A stretch of DNA of 64,000 nucleotides from Octopus bimaculoides (Eukaryota). Positions within the stretch are counted from its first letter, which is position 1, and every line of letters starts with the position of its first letter. Below, piece after piece: positions 13,610 through 27,445 of the stretch. A model generated the notes under the pieces. That model did no database searches, had not been told where the DNA came from, and saw only the letters and a program-made list of their open reading frames with translations. Position numbers and translations under genes: made by a program. The stretch is from assembly GCF_001194135.2 (NCBI RefSeq), contig NC_068988.1, forward strand, positions 50,312,595-50,376,594, in the 5' to 3' direction.

Positions 13610-14432
13610 AGTCATTTCACCTATATATACCAGAACATCAAAGAAGGCAGTTACCGCTCAGTATTTCATGCTCACTACCTTGAAGATTTTTAAAACTCAT
13701 ATAGTGAGTTATAGATAAACTACAGACTGTTGTGGGTCAGCTTAGGTACTTTGCATTCTCTTAATTTTATCATTTTCCATGACATAATCAAGAGGAGGAA
13801 GAGCAATGGTCATGACCCTGGTCTTTTGCAGGGTTTATTAGCCAGGTGGGAGTAAAGGACAGTTATTCTCAATCTGAAGACCTGGTTAGAATGCTTGTAA
13901 CCGCAGACTCTTTTATAGGCACAAAAGGATCCAGTAAACTCTAAAGGCACTACTCCCAGTATTCTCTTTATCAGCCTCAGAAGTAAAAAAAAAATTTTTT
14001 TAAAGGTGGGGCGGGCTAAAGTGAATATATGCAAGATTTAAGCTCAGAACACAAAGAGATGTGACCAAATACCTCAATATATATGAAACATAACGTTATT
14101 TGTTATTGGAGTGTGTGACAGAGATGGTATTGTACCAGGCTAAATTCCTTGCAGCATTTAATTACATTCTTTTACATTCTGATTTCAAATTCCTGCTTAA
14201 AAAATTGATCATGCCACTCCAGAGACAATAGATTTAGTACTAGTCTTATACTGAGTTGATATCAATCACTTATACAGCACTCTTTGCAAGTTTATAACTT
14301 TATGTCATTGTTAGGCAATCTGGTGGAGTGACATAGATAGCAGTGCTGGACTGAATTATGTTCAATATTTATTTATGTTTCTTTATTCTCTTTGTTCAAA
14401 ACCTAGCAAATCAACTCTGCTTTTTTATTTAC

Positions 14433-14821
14433 TCTTTTACTTGTTTCAGTCATTTGACTGTGGCCATGCTGGAGCACAGCCTTAAGTCGAGCAAATTGAT
14501 CCCAGGACTTATTCTTTGTAAGCCTAGTACTTATTCTATCGGTCTATTTTGCCAAACCGCTAAGTTACGGGGACGTAAACACACCAGCATCAGTTGTCAA
14601 TCGATGTTGGGGGTACAAACACAGACACACAAACATATACACATATATACATATATACGACGGGCTTCTTTTAGTTTCCGTCTACCAAATCCACTCACAA
14701 GGCTTTGGTCGGCCCGAGGCTATAGTAGAAGACACTTGCCCAAGGTGCCACGCAGTGGGACTGAACCTGGAACCATGTAGTTCGTAAGCAAGCTACTTAC
14801 CACACAGCCATTCCTACGCCT
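14433..14821 (-). mobile_element. SINE family A, near full length
   Basis: High identity to the + strand copies at 15341, 38915 and 60781, with a central (TA/CA) microsatellite. Confidence 0.9.
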
Positions 14822-14860
14822 ACATTTGCTGAAAATCTGCAACTTTCTACCAACGTTAGA

Positions 14861-15310
14861 AATTTTGGTTTCAAATTTTGACACAAGGCCGGCAATTTCG
14901 AGAGATGGGTTAAGTTGAGTACATCAACCCGTGTTAAACTGGTGTTTATTTTATTGACCCCACCAAAAGGTTGAAAGGCAAAGTCAACATCAGTGGAATT
15001 TGAACTCGGAACATGAAGATAAATGAAATGATGCTAAGCATTTTGCTCAGCATGCTAACGATTCTACCAACTTGCCACCTTCAATGTTAGAAATACTGAT
15101 TTCAAATTTTGGCACAGGGCCAGCAATTTTGGTGGGGAGTGTGTCAGTTATATCGACCCCAGTGCTTAACTGGTACTTATTTTACCAACCTTGAAAGGAT
15201 GAAAGGCAAGGTCAACCTCAACGGAATTTGAACTCAGGACGTGAAGACAGATGAGATACTGCTAAACATTTTACACAGTTTGCTAACGTTTCTGCCAGCT
15301 TGCTGCCTTA
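14861..15310 (-). mobile_element. Tandem dimer of SINE family D
   Basis: Two consecutive antisense full-length copies. A similar run lies at about 24050-24670. Confidence 0.8.
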
Positions 15311-15340
15311 GCAATGTTAGAAATATTAACAACATTAACA

Positions 15341-15735
15341 TAGGTGCAGGAGTGGCTGTGTGGTAAGTAGCGTGCTTACCAACCACATGGTTCCGGGTTC
15401 AGTCCCATTGCGTGGCATCTTGGGCAAGTGTCTCCTACTATAGCCTCGGGCCGACCAAAGCCTTGTGAGTGGATTTGGTAGACGGAAACTGAAAGAAGCC
15501 CGTCGTATATATGTATATATATGTTTGCGTATCTGTGTTTGCCCTCCCCAACATCGCTTGACAACCGATGCTGGTGTGTTTATGTCCCAGTAACTTAGCG
15601 GTTTGGCAAAAGAGATCGATAGAATAAGTACTAGGCTTCCAAAGAATAAGTTCTGGGGTCGATTTGTTCGACTAAAGGTGGTGCTCCAGCATGGCCGCAG
15701 TCAAATGACTGAAACAAGTAAAAGAGAGTAAAAGA
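15341..15735 (+). mobile_element. SINE family A, full length
   Basis: ggagtggctgtgtggtaag (A box), ggttcagtccc (B box), central TA/TG microsatellite, tail gaaacaagtaaaaga repeated. Confidence 0.9.
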
Positions 15736-18700
15736 AATTATTAATTCAGATAAACATAGAAGTTCCCAGCAAACTGATTCCACAGTTTGGTATTAATTTC
15801 CTGTTGTAGCCATCTTATACCCTCTTTCTGCTGACTTTTGGGAAATACAAGAACGTCTTCCCAAATATATACAGAGGCATTAACTTCATGCCTCTGTGAG
15901 AATCAATCATCTTCATCATTATCTTTAATCCAGTAGTGGATTCTGGGAGAAGTCAAGTGTGACTTGGTTTCAATTTCACTTATGTTACTAATGCCCCATG
16001 TGAGGGTCATGGCCACCGCACTTTTCTTCTGCTTCAAAAAGAAAAGTAAAAAAAAAAGATAACAGAAATTCCTGCCGTTAGGTGGACTGTTATACTTGGT
16101 GTTAATCCAGCTATAAAATTGACTTGTTAACATCCCAAGATGAAACTGTAAATGTAATCTCAAGTGAGATGTAACGCCTACTTAGGACATGAAAGTTATG
16201 ACTAAAATAACCGAGGCAAGCGTTTCTCTTTCTCTTCTCCATGTACTCACTCGCTTTCTCTCTCTATCTCTCATTTCTTCTAGATACTCTCGCTCTCTTT
16301 ATCTTTCTTAGCATCTCTCATTAACCTCTCACCTTTTTCCCAAATTCATTTTTTATGTTCTTTTCCTTCACTCTCTCTCTCCACAACCCTCTCTCTCTTT
16401 TTACCACCTTTACCCCATCTCTCTCTCACATCTTTACCTCTCCCCTTCACCTCCCTCATCCACCACCTTTAACTCTTTCTTTACCCCTCTCCCCACCATC
16501 TTTGTCTCTCTCCACAAGCCATACCTCTCTTCCATACCTAACTCTCCTTATCATTTCTACCTCTCTGTCTCTTTCTCTGTGTGTCTGTCTGTCTTTCTCT
16601 TTCTCTCTCCTCTACCCTCACCAATACAACTACAGTTAGTCCTCCACCACATTTCCAACATCAACCACTATTCGTCCCCCCCACACACACATACACACAC
16701 ACACTATTCAACTACTGTTATCACAGTGAAGAGCTAATTACCTTCACTAACTTAGAAGACTAAGGCGTAGTTTCACAGATGCATAGAACTGTGTAGCTGT
16801 TAGCAGCTTTTATCTTGCTTGTGTTGTTGTGCACCAGTTGGTGCTTCCAGTTTAATGAATAACTTTCATCTCAGTTTTACTTCAACATTGTCCTATATAT
16901 ATTTTATTGCAACACTACCACGGTATGTTTTATACTGCTTGATTACTTATTCTATTGACCTTTGACCTAGATGCATGTAAATGTATTGCTGACCCTCAGG
17001 GTAAGAGCTGAAATTTGAGACCCTCCATGCCAAATTCTCCACCTTATCTGGCATTCACAACAGATTTATTTGAAGAGGTACGGAGCCAGTTTTTTTTTTT
17101 TAAATAAGGGGAAGTTTTGTTGACTGTTGATTTCATTTATATGTTGTTTTATGAATGACAAAAGGTTCGAATGTAAATTCAAACATTGATAATGTTTGAA
17201 TTTGAAATTATCAATTCAGACAATAGGCTGGACATCTTAGCATTTATAACTTGTTGAGCAGTGTTTTTATCGCAAATTTGTATACCATCTTCATAACTAC
17301 AGACATATAGTTGCATGTGTGGTTAAAAAGTTTGCTTCACTGCTCTATGACTCTAGGTTCAGTTCCATACTACTGTATCTGTCTTCTTCTACAGTGTGAG
17401 ACCATTTGAAGCCTTCTGAGTGGATTTGGTAGATGGAAACTGAAAGAAGCTCATCACATGCATGCATCCACGCATGCACAAACACTTTTTTTCCATTCAA
17501 GTGGGGTTTTTGACCTAAGATTTTAGATGCTAGCATTTGTAGCTTTTTCTACTTGCAGTGTTAAAACAAGTTATTTCATCTCATAAGTTGCAGTGTTAAA
17601 ACAACTTATTTCATCTCTCAAAATTTCTAAATTTTCATAACTCTGGCTATATATATATATATATATATATATATGAAGTATAAAGAAAGGAAAAATTGTA
17701 GTTGCAGACGAACTTTAATTCATAATCAAGGTTGGTACAGAACCAATATATACATTCTATATTATAATCCTCATTACATCATCATTTAACAATCATTTTC
17801 CATGATAAAGTGGACTGGATGATTTGACAGGAGCTGGCAAGCCAGAAAACTGTATTAGGGTCCACTATCACCTTTAGCATGGTTTTTATGGCTGGGTACC
17901 CTTCCTAATGCCAACCACTTTACAAAGTGGACTAAGTGCTTTTTACGTGGCATCAGTACCAGCGTGGCACATATATATTGCTTTGAACACACACACACAC
18001 GGAAGATTAGGAGAAATATTACTTTGCTTAAAAACAAGTGCAGGTTGGCAACAGGAAGGCCATCTGGCTGTAAAATGTCTCTCTCAATGAATTTCATATA
18101 ACTCATGTAAACATGGGAAAGAGGACTTCAAAAAGCTAATGATGATGATGCTGTCTCCAGGAAGTATGACTAATACTTCTAGCGCTTATTACCTGTTTTA
18201 CTATTGTTTCAAATATGTAGCATATATTTTTGGATATTCAGCATAGACTGTTTCAAAGCCTAGTATCATCTCTCCTCTAACCCCAATGCACTAAGATTGC
18301 TAACATCACAACATCTTTCCCACATGCGTAATTTTATTTATTAAATAAAACTAACATGAAATTGAGAGAACAATTGTTTTAAAATCTGTTTCATGATTTA
18401 TAGTTTGTTCACTCTGAAAATTACAGCAAAATATATGACACAGTTAATGTAACCAAAGAAAAGCAAATAACAAATAGTAATAATTGGAAGATTTTAGTTA
18501 TTTTTGTTTAACTAAAATTTGATATGTTGAAATTCTAGCTGTCAAAAGACTAGAAATTTAACTGTTTGTCAAAATCCCAGAATATGAAAACAAAATAACA
18601 ACAGAATACAAATAGACCTTTGTAGTGCTGTTTTAAATCTGGGTATTTCTTATTGTGCTTATATTTATTTGAACTGTGCTAATTCTATTTTTTGTGGTTA

Positions 18701-20456
18701 GAATTGAGTAGGATGATGGTTGGCTCTGTAGTGGCAGCCAGTCTTCCAACTGTATGAAGGATACTGTGTTTCCATTGAGTTCCCCTCCCCACCACCATTG
18801 CTGATGCTATCTGTTGGTCATGATTCCTAGCAGAAAATTTGGATATTTACACATGTAATTATATTGGTAATTTGGATATTTGTATATGTGATGTATAAAT
18901 TCTCTATAACGGATGACCTAAACTTACAATGATGGAGTGGGAGTAATGCGGAATTTTTTTTTTTTTTTTTTTTTTTAGCTAGATATAGAAGAAGTGAAAC
19001 AGAGTAATAGACCTTACATAGGGTTACTACACTACAATAATTGCAGTAATTGAATTCATGCCTATACAGTCAGCACTTAAGGCTCACTGCCTCTGTAACT
19101 TTTGTCAAAGTATTTTTATTGTTGAATGCTTTTATATTTATTTCGCTAGTCAATATAAAATGAGTACTGTCTAATGTCATGGGAAAATTTCCTTGTATGC
19201 CTTCTGCATGAAGAACATATACTTAAAGTGATGAGCAAAAAAAAAAAAAATTAAATCCATTTACAATTGCACTTGGATTGAAAAGAAAAATCCTTTGCTA
19301 GAATTAATGGCAATTTTTGTCAAAGGCAAGAGAGAAAAACTCTGAAATTCAAATGTAATAAAAATTAAATGGAGTAGGGAGGAATTCTAAACTTTTGTTA
19401 GTATAGTAGCAACTCTTTTTGTTCTTATCAGATCTCCTCAGCGAAGCATAATCTTAATTGTTTTCGTGCCTAATTGGTACAAACTCGTTTGTTATTAAGG
19501 TTTGATCTTAAAACCACCACACCATCACAGCCAATATTTAATCATTCAGGATATTTCTATATCCAGTATATGCAACTGAGTTAGTATTTGATTAAAATAA
19601 CCACCTATGTATCATACCTAATGTATACACACTCTCAGTAGATCAGTTACTACAGTATATCAACTGTGTATACATTTAGTATGGTACATAGATGGTTATT
19701 TTAAATAAAATGAAATTCCTCAATTGTGCATACCAGATTTTTATTCAGTTAGAAGGCTGTTTGCAACATCAGTAAATGTTTCACTCACTTTTTCCTGTAT
19801 CAATGTCAATGAATTCTTATCCAAGCATTCGATTGGCTGTGTGTACATTCCATTGTAAAGGCTCAAAAGGGCAAAAGTGCATCAGGTGCTCTTAATGGCA
19901 AATGCTGGGATGAATTTTCATCTGTCTGATATTTTTTTTGTGTTTTTAACAGAGCAAGTCCATAAGAGCTGTTACCTCAGGAAAAATACTGCAACAACTT
20001 GCCAATCAATATGTATATACATTAAGCACAATACATAGATATATATATTATGTGTTTGTGTATCGTCAGTAAATCATGAATCCAAAAAAGGACGCTCTAA
20101 GTTATAGAGCACTTGGAATATGTTGATGATGCTTAGTTTGTTTGACTGTGTCATTATACTTGTATTAGCTATGGCAATTAGAGTTGTAAGAAATGGATAA
20201 GAAATAAATGTTTTAAAAAGAAGTCCTAGATGAGAAATGCTAAGATTTTAAGTAAAAAATTAAGGCATTTCTTGTATGAAAAAGTTATTTTCACTATATT
20301 TTGCCGAGTATCTCCCTCGGTGACTCCTATCATTAATGCTGTTATAAATGTATGTAATTACATTTCAATATTTTTACTTTAAAAAAAAATGACTTTTATC
20401 TTCATCAACATTTACATTTTTCTCCTTTATTCTTGTTTCAACAGATACTTTCTGAG

Positions 20457-20477
20457 ATGCTCATCGGTGGACGATAA
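20457..20477 (+). promoter_or_regulatory. Upstream ORF (MLIGGR*) in the 5'UTR of the aGPCR
   Basis: ATG CTC ATC GGT GGA CGA TAA inside the exon, ending 23 nt before the main ATG. Confidence 0.55.
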
Positions 20478-20500
20478 CATTAGTTTTGGACTGCCTGAAA

Positions 20501-20558
20501 ATGATTTTCTGGCAGCCTGTGTGTTTTATTGTTTTTGGAGTTATTCTCCAGATTAAAG
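20501..20558 (+). CDS. Coding exon 1: signal peptide MIFWQPVCFIVFGVILQIK(A); exon spans 20445-20558 including 5'UTR
   Basis: Pyrimidine-rich acceptor ttcttgtttcaacag ending 20444, ATG at 20501, hydrophobic 19-mer, donor AAAG|gtcagt at 20559. Phase 1 joins in frame to the lectin exon at 34397. Confidence 0.8.
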
Positions 20559-22796
20559 GTCAGTGTAAATGTGTAACTTTATTATTTCTTCCATCTGTAT
20601 TAGCATTTTTCCTTTTTCGCTTTTAATTTACTTGATGTTTGAATACCCAAATGTTACATGCAATCATACAAAGTGGAGTGGATTTTCAAAATTTTCAGAT
20701 TTAATTTTAAGGAATTGTTCGAACAAGCATTTTAAAATTAGATAGTTTCCACTTCTTGACAATAATTACTCAACTATTAGTCGATGATTAATACATGTGG
20801 TTAACTAAATAGACTGAGATAAGTTAAGTTTATTGCCTATAAGCATAATACAATCTTTGTAGCATTGCTCGAAGTAAGAACCACCTGATCACTAGGTGTT
20901 AAAGGTGTTATGCCTCTGAAGTCTATAATTGATTTGGAACAGAATAGACGGGGACTGAATTTAAATTTAGAGTGAAAGGAAACTGGGTACAGTCTATAAA
21001 ATCTCTACTGAAATATTTTGGTTGATTGAGACCATAAGCCTAAGAGGAGTCAACATGGACAGTGGATATTTTCTTATCCAAGATATTTTCTTCACAGGTT
21101 ACCTCCACAGTCAGAGATCAGCACCTCTTTACACAGCTATCCTTTTCATGATCTGAGATTGTGTGTTGAAATTAAAAGTGGTACCTCCACTATCTTAATA
21201 AGTCTTTACTATAATGATAAAGACAATTCCTGTAAGGCTTGAACTCAGAAAATAGAAGTGCATAATTAGATATTACAAGGCATCTGATCTGGCACGCTCT
21301 TGCTTCAGTGTCCCAGTCAATAAAATTGTTGATAACATGTTCATTCCCTCCATTAGTCCTTGGCAAGGATCTGATCTTGGCACTGGCAGCTAATGAATCA
21401 CTCATCAGCAATATTTAATACACATCGCCTTTGCTTATATTGAAGGAAACCCCACAAGTCATTAAGAATGAAACAAATTCCAGATGCAGGGCTGTTAGTA
21501 CCAAAGACAGTATATGAACTGTTGATGATCTATTAAGTTATTTAAACCATATTCTAATGACTTGGCCAACTGTAATTCTTTTAGAAATAGCTTATTAACC
21601 GAAAAGACAATTGAATATGAAGTTCCTGTCTGCTAATAAGAGACAAAGCCTCATCCTGCACGAATATTCCCATGGCAAAAGCAACAACTGCAGTAGTAGT
21701 AACAGTGATAGCAGCATATCTACCACCATCTCGCCATTAAACAAAGACAGGAAATAGACAATTGCTATCTAGTTTTGGGAAATACGTGTAAACAACTAGA
21801 AATTAATCTGCAATTTCAATTAATAAAGAGAGTATTATTTCCCCCCCCCCCCTTCCAGTGGCCATTTATTAATAATTTCTCGAAAAGTGGTGCTGTCTTC
21901 AATTTCAACACCCCCCACGCTCTCCTTTTCCTTCTGGCTTTTCCTTATTAATTCAATTACTTCGTGTTTCAGCATTAATAGAAATAATATAGTCATAAAA
22001 ATGTTCTGCTCCTTCATAGCTTAATATTTCGTCACACCAGCATTTTATGGTTGATGCCATTATCGCTGCTGCTGTTGTTGTTGTTGTTATTTTTATTGAG
22101 TCATAATATTGCAAGTTTCTCCAGTGCTGTTGTTGTTCTTCTTCTTCTTGATGATGATGATGAGGCTGATGATAATGATGATGTTTTTAACTGCCACAAG
22201 GCCCAACTAAAAGAAAGAAAAACAAAAAGAAATAAGGATATTAATACATAACAAGACATTAGAACACAAACTAAGAGAACAGAACAAAACAGAAATGGAG
22301 AGAGGAGGGTGATGTGAAAATGTGATAATTTCATTTCATTAGGCACAAAGACATTTTTGTAAGGAAAAAAGAATATAGTCGATTCATTTGATCCTAGTAC
22401 TTTGATGAAACTTATTTTATTAACTTGGAAAGGCAAAGTTAGTCTCTGTGTGATTTGAGCAACTACATGAAATGTTGTTTTATATATTATATATCTTGGA
22501 GCTGTTCTTGTCTGGTTTTTTAGTCTGCTGGCCTGCTTCTCCACTAACTAATAAGGATTTGCTATAATGTTATTTTATTAATTATAATAAGATATGATAA
22601 TAGTAATTGTTTTTTATCTTTTACCTGCTTTAGTCATTGGATTGCTACCATGCTGGGGCATTGCCTTGGACAGTTTTAGTCACAGATTGACCTGCAATAT
22701 TTAAGTCAAGTACTTATTCTGTTGGTCTCTTTTGTCGAATTGCTAATTCATAAGGACATAAACAAACAAACACTGGTTATGTTGTGATGGTGAAGA

Positions 22797-22829
<33 letters not shown>

Positions 22830-22830
<1 letters not shown>

Positions 22831-23275
22831 TGGAGATCATCTTTTTGCGTCTGCTTTCCTTGCTGGCATGGATTAGACAGTTTGACTGGAACTGGTAAGC
22901 TGAAGAGTTGTACCAAATTCCAGTCTGATTTGACATGGTTTCTATGGCTGGATACCCTTCCTAACCCCAACCACTCTAAGAATGTCATGGGTGCTATTTA
23001 CGTGCCACCGGCACGGGTGCTTTTATGTGACACCAGTAGCATTAGCCACAACTATGACTTCACTTTACTTGACAAGTCTTCTCAAGTACGGCATATTGCA
23101 AAAGGTTTTGGTCACTTGTCATTGCCTCCAGGAGGCCTCACATTTGAAGATCATATTTCATCTCTTTGTCCCATGTCTTCCTGGGTCTACCTCTTCCACA
23201 GGTTACCTCCACAGTTAGAGATCAGCACTTCTTTACACAGCTATCCTTTTCATGATCAGAGATCATGTACTGAAA
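22830..23275 (-). mobile_element. RTE LINE 3' end (ORF2 C-terminus plus 3'UTR)
   Basis: Reverse translation SCVKKC*SLTVEVTCGRGRPRKTWDKEMKYDL. The adjoining 3'UTR (ggctggatacccttcctaac..ccaacc) recurs at about 10480-10600, 17790-17960, 25565-25915, 31790-31990, 39810-39910 and 56360-56505. Confidence 0.8.
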
Positions 23276-24724
23276 TTAAAAGTGGTTGCTGCTTGTAAGA
23301 CATAAGTTACCCAATCAGAATTACGCAAAGGCTATTAATTTCCTTTAAGCATTTATATGTAATATTGTGTCAAAATTATTGTCGCTTGAAACTTGACCTG
23401 TTCATTGGCAAAAATGCAACAGAATATTTTATCAGTGAACTGGTCACAGTTTCAAGCAACAAAAATTTTGACATTTTATTACAAATAAACGTTTAACTTA
23501 GTAAAGTTAATGGTCTTTGTGTGTTTCTGAATGGCTTATGTCTTCCATGCTGCAATCATTTTAGTTTAGCACACATAGTAGAAAACACTTGACTAAGGTG
23601 CAATGCAGTGGGACTGGACCTGATACCACATGGTTGCAAAATGAGTTTCTTAACTTCACAGCCATGCCTACACCTAAATAATAATGATTCTAGTTTAGGA
23701 ACAAGGCCAGAAATTTCTGTGAGTAGGAGGAATATGATTGATTTACTTTACTAAGCTTATCAAGACCACAATGATGAAAGGCACAGTTTACCACCCCTGT
23801 TGCCTTTATTAATGTTCTTTCATATTTTGAATTCAAATTCAGCTAAGAATTTTGTTTGACACTTTACCAATTCTGCAATTTATAATGATAATAGTTTTGG
23901 GACATGGTTATAAAACCTGCTGTTTACAAGCAAACTGGAAATGTAAACACTTGCTATTCATGCAGATCCCTAGAAGTGAAGTGAAATGATTCCATCCAGT
24001 AATTATTTCCAAACTGTTAAGAACAGTATATAATGATGATGGTGGTGGTGGTTTCTATTTTGGGTACAGGCCTGAAATTTAATGGGACCAGGGTTAGTTG
24101 ATACCATAGACTCTCAGTACTAAATAGGTGCTTTATTTTATAGACCCCCAAAGGACAAAAACCAAACTTGACCTTGGCAAGATTTGAACCCAGAACATAA
24201 AGAAACAAAATATCCCTATGCATTGTTTTCCTAATCCTCTAGTGATTCTGCCAAATTACTGCTATAATAATAATAATAATAATAATAATCCTTTCTACTA
24301 TAGCCACTAATTTTGAAATTGTTTATGTCGGGTGCTAGTTGATTATATTAATATTGACCTCCAATACTCAACTGGTACGTATTTCATCGACCCCAAAAAG
24401 ATGAAAGGCAAAGTCAGCCTCAATGGAATTTGAACTCGGAATATGAAGATGGACAATATTCCACTAAGCATTTTGTCCAGCATGTTAACAATTCTGCCAG
24501 CTCACCATCATAATAATAATAATAATCTTTATTTTGGCATAAGGCCAGCAATTTTTAGGAAGTCAATTAAATCTCCCTCCCCCAATGCTCGACTGGTGCT
24601 TATTTTGTTGACCCTAAAAGGATGAAAGGCCAAGTAATCCTCATTGGATTTTGAACCCAGAAAGTTTAGACATACAAAATGTTACTAAATATTTTGCCTT
24701 GCTGTCTAGTGATTCCACCACTTT

Positions 24725-25030
24725 AAGAGAAAAGGTTGATAAATATGGAGACCTGAGAATTGAGATCGTTAAAATATGGCAGCTATGAGAGTCAAACATA
24801 AAGGTTATCTCTGTTGTCATCAGAGCATTGGGTTCAATACCAGCCAACCTGAAAAAAACATCTGAAAACTTTAGAAATACGCTGTAATCTAGGTGTATTG
24901 CAAAAGTTGGCATTACTTGGAACTGCACGCATATTGCATAAAGTACTGTCTGTCTGAGGTCCTTGTTGTGACTTGACAAACCGTACAAACCCCCGGTAGA
25001 CAATATCTTCAATCAACAACCTCGCAATAT
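24725..25030 (+). mobile_element. R4/Dong-type LINE 3' end (RLE C-terminus plus 3'UTR), a different subfamily
   Basis: REKVDKYGDLRIEIVKIWQL*ESNIKVISVVIRALGSIPANLKK/HLKTLEIRCNLGVLQKLALLGTARILHKVLSV*, followed by an (AAT)n-like tail. Confidence 0.8.
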
Positions 25031-26754
25031 TATATACTGTGCGATATCTATAATAATAATAGTAATAGTAGTGGTTTCTAATTTAGGCTCAGGACTAGCA
25101 GTTTTATGGGGAGGTGGTTAGTCAATGCCAAAACCCCAGTACTTTACTGGTACTTTATTTTATTGATTCCAAAGAAGTGGAAGCCAATGTTAACTTTAAG
25201 TGGAATTTGAACCAGTCATTCTCATGTTAGATAGTTGGATCAGGACTTATTTGAGGCAGGATTTTACAACCAGGTACTCTTTCTGTCACCAATCCTTACT
25301 TGTTTTACAAAATAAGTGCTTTTTTTTTTTTTCCATTCAGCCTTGCTCTGTTGGTCAAGTATATTCTGCCACAGACCAGGCCTACCAATGATGGAATGCA
25401 TGTGAAAGATCTTTGTATCTTCTTTTATCCTTTGTTGTTACACTGTGGTCATGCCGGGGCACTTCCTTGAAAGGTTTTACTTGAACAAATTGACATAAAC
25501 AAACCAACTGTAGTTATCAAGCAGTGACAAACACAGACGCAAAGACACATACATGTACACATATATCATCATCATCATTTAACGTCAGTTTTCCATGTTA
25601 GCATGGATTGAACAGTTTGACTGGAGTTGGTAAGGCGAGGGGCTGCACCAGGCTCCATTGTCTATTCTAGCACAGTTTCTACAGCTGGATACCCTTCCTA
25701 ATGCCAACCACACCACAGAGTGTACTGGATGCTGTTAACACAGCAGCAGCACAAACACTTTTAATGTGGCACCAGCACTAGTATCAATTCCGTTGTGGCA
25801 GACAGGTCTTCTTGAGTACAGTAATGTGCCAGACATCTCCATTCTTAGTTATCTCCTTCATAAGACTCAGTGTCTTGAGATCATCCTTTAGTAGTTTGTC
25901 CCATGTCTTTCTAGATCTGTTCCTTCACACACACACACACCTATGATGGACTTCAACTCAGTTTCTTTCTATCAAATTCATTTACAAGGTATAGTTGGCT
26001 TGGGACTATAATCGAAGGCATTTGCCCAACGTGCTGTGCAGCTGGACTGAACCCAAACCCATGTAGTTACAAAATGAGCTTCTTAACCACACTGCATGTC
26101 TAGGCCTATATTTATAACTAATAACACTGACTAAGTATCAAACATTTCATACTAAAAAAAAAAAAAAACTGGTACTTATTTTATCAACACCTGAAAGATA
26201 AAAGACAAGGCTAACATTGTCAGAGTTTGAACACGGAACATAGTTAATTAAATACCACAAGGCGTGATAATAATTTGTTAATTGTCATATAATCTCAGAT
26301 TTATAAAGAATTTTATGACAATAGTAATTGTTTCTAATTAGAGACAGGGCTCTAATTAATAATTGCGAGTTGTTGAGGTTAGTCAGAACCATCAACTCCC
26401 GTACCAGACTGGTATTTTATTTTGTCAACCATCAAAGGGATAAATGGCTAAAATGATCCCAGCAGGTTTTGAATTCAGGATGTATATGATCATATCTAAG
26501 TACCACAAACTATTTCATTTTGTCCAGTGCTATAACAGCTGTCTAGCAATCCAATATCTTTAATGAGAAAATGGTTTCTGATTGAGACACGAGACCTGAA
26601 ATTTGGGGTAGGAGGCTTGTTGATGCCACCAACTACAGTAATTAACTGGTACTTTATTTTATCAAGCCCAAAGGGATAAAAGGACATAGTTGACCTCACC
26701 TGAATTTGAACACTAAACACAGGGAGATGGGAGAAATAATGGAACCCATTATAG

Positions 26755-27100
26755 GCACAGGTGTGGCTAGCTATTTATGATTTCAGGTTCAGCCAGCCCC
26801 TCACAGTGTGGCACCTCGGACAAGTGTCTTCTATTTTAGCCCTAGGTTAACCAAAGCCTTGTGAATGGATTTGGTTGGCAGAAAGAAGCCATTATGTATC
26901 TATGTATGTTTGTGCTTCCTTGTCTTGACATGACGTGACAGTTGTGACTGTCATACAAATGTCCATTTCCAATCTTCTGTCTGACCTTGGAGAAATATTA
27001 TCTTGCTTGAAAACAAGTGGGGGCTGGCATTAAGAAGAGCATCTGACCATTGTAAATTTATCTCAGCAAACTCTATCTGACCCATGCAAGCATGGAAAGG
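26755..27100 (+). mobile_element. SINE with a family A head/core and an RTE-type 3' tail
   Basis: Family A head and core followed by ggagaaatattatcttgcttgaaaacaag...ctgacccatgcaagcatggaaa, matching the RTE 3'UTR. Similar copies at 35870-36200 (+) and 51520-51870 (-). Confidence 0.7.
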
Positions 27101-27445
27101 GCTGTTTGATTATATAATAAATATATATTTTCTTTGACATGAAGGTGATAGATGAAGGGTTATTACATAAGCAGGTTACATAGAAAAGTGGACATTGATG
27201 ATGACGATATCCTGAAACAAAAGTAGGGAAACAATTAGTTAGGGCTTACATGACTCCCTTCGTGACCCTTTCTTGCCATCCTCACCCACCATTCAGGAAA
27301 TTTGTCTGCCTTTTTGTCATCCTTTTCTCTGAGTAAAATGTGAGAAAACTGATGAGGGCTTAACTAGAAGGAATATGTCTGTCTTCAGTCTTTTCAGTCT
27401 TACTCACCAAAGAGATGATGATATTGTAAAACACAAAGAGGGGAA

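Noticed and set aside
13540-13610. tRNA-like sequences (also at 52622 and in family A heads)
   Set aside because: They have A/B boxes but no complete cloverleaf and continue into SINE bodies with tails and a TSD, so they are SINE heads rather than tRNA genes.
21190-21411. 73-aa minus-strand ORF as a nested gene
   Set aside because: No recognisable motif or splice partners; it adjoins an RTE fragment and is likely chance or a decayed TE.
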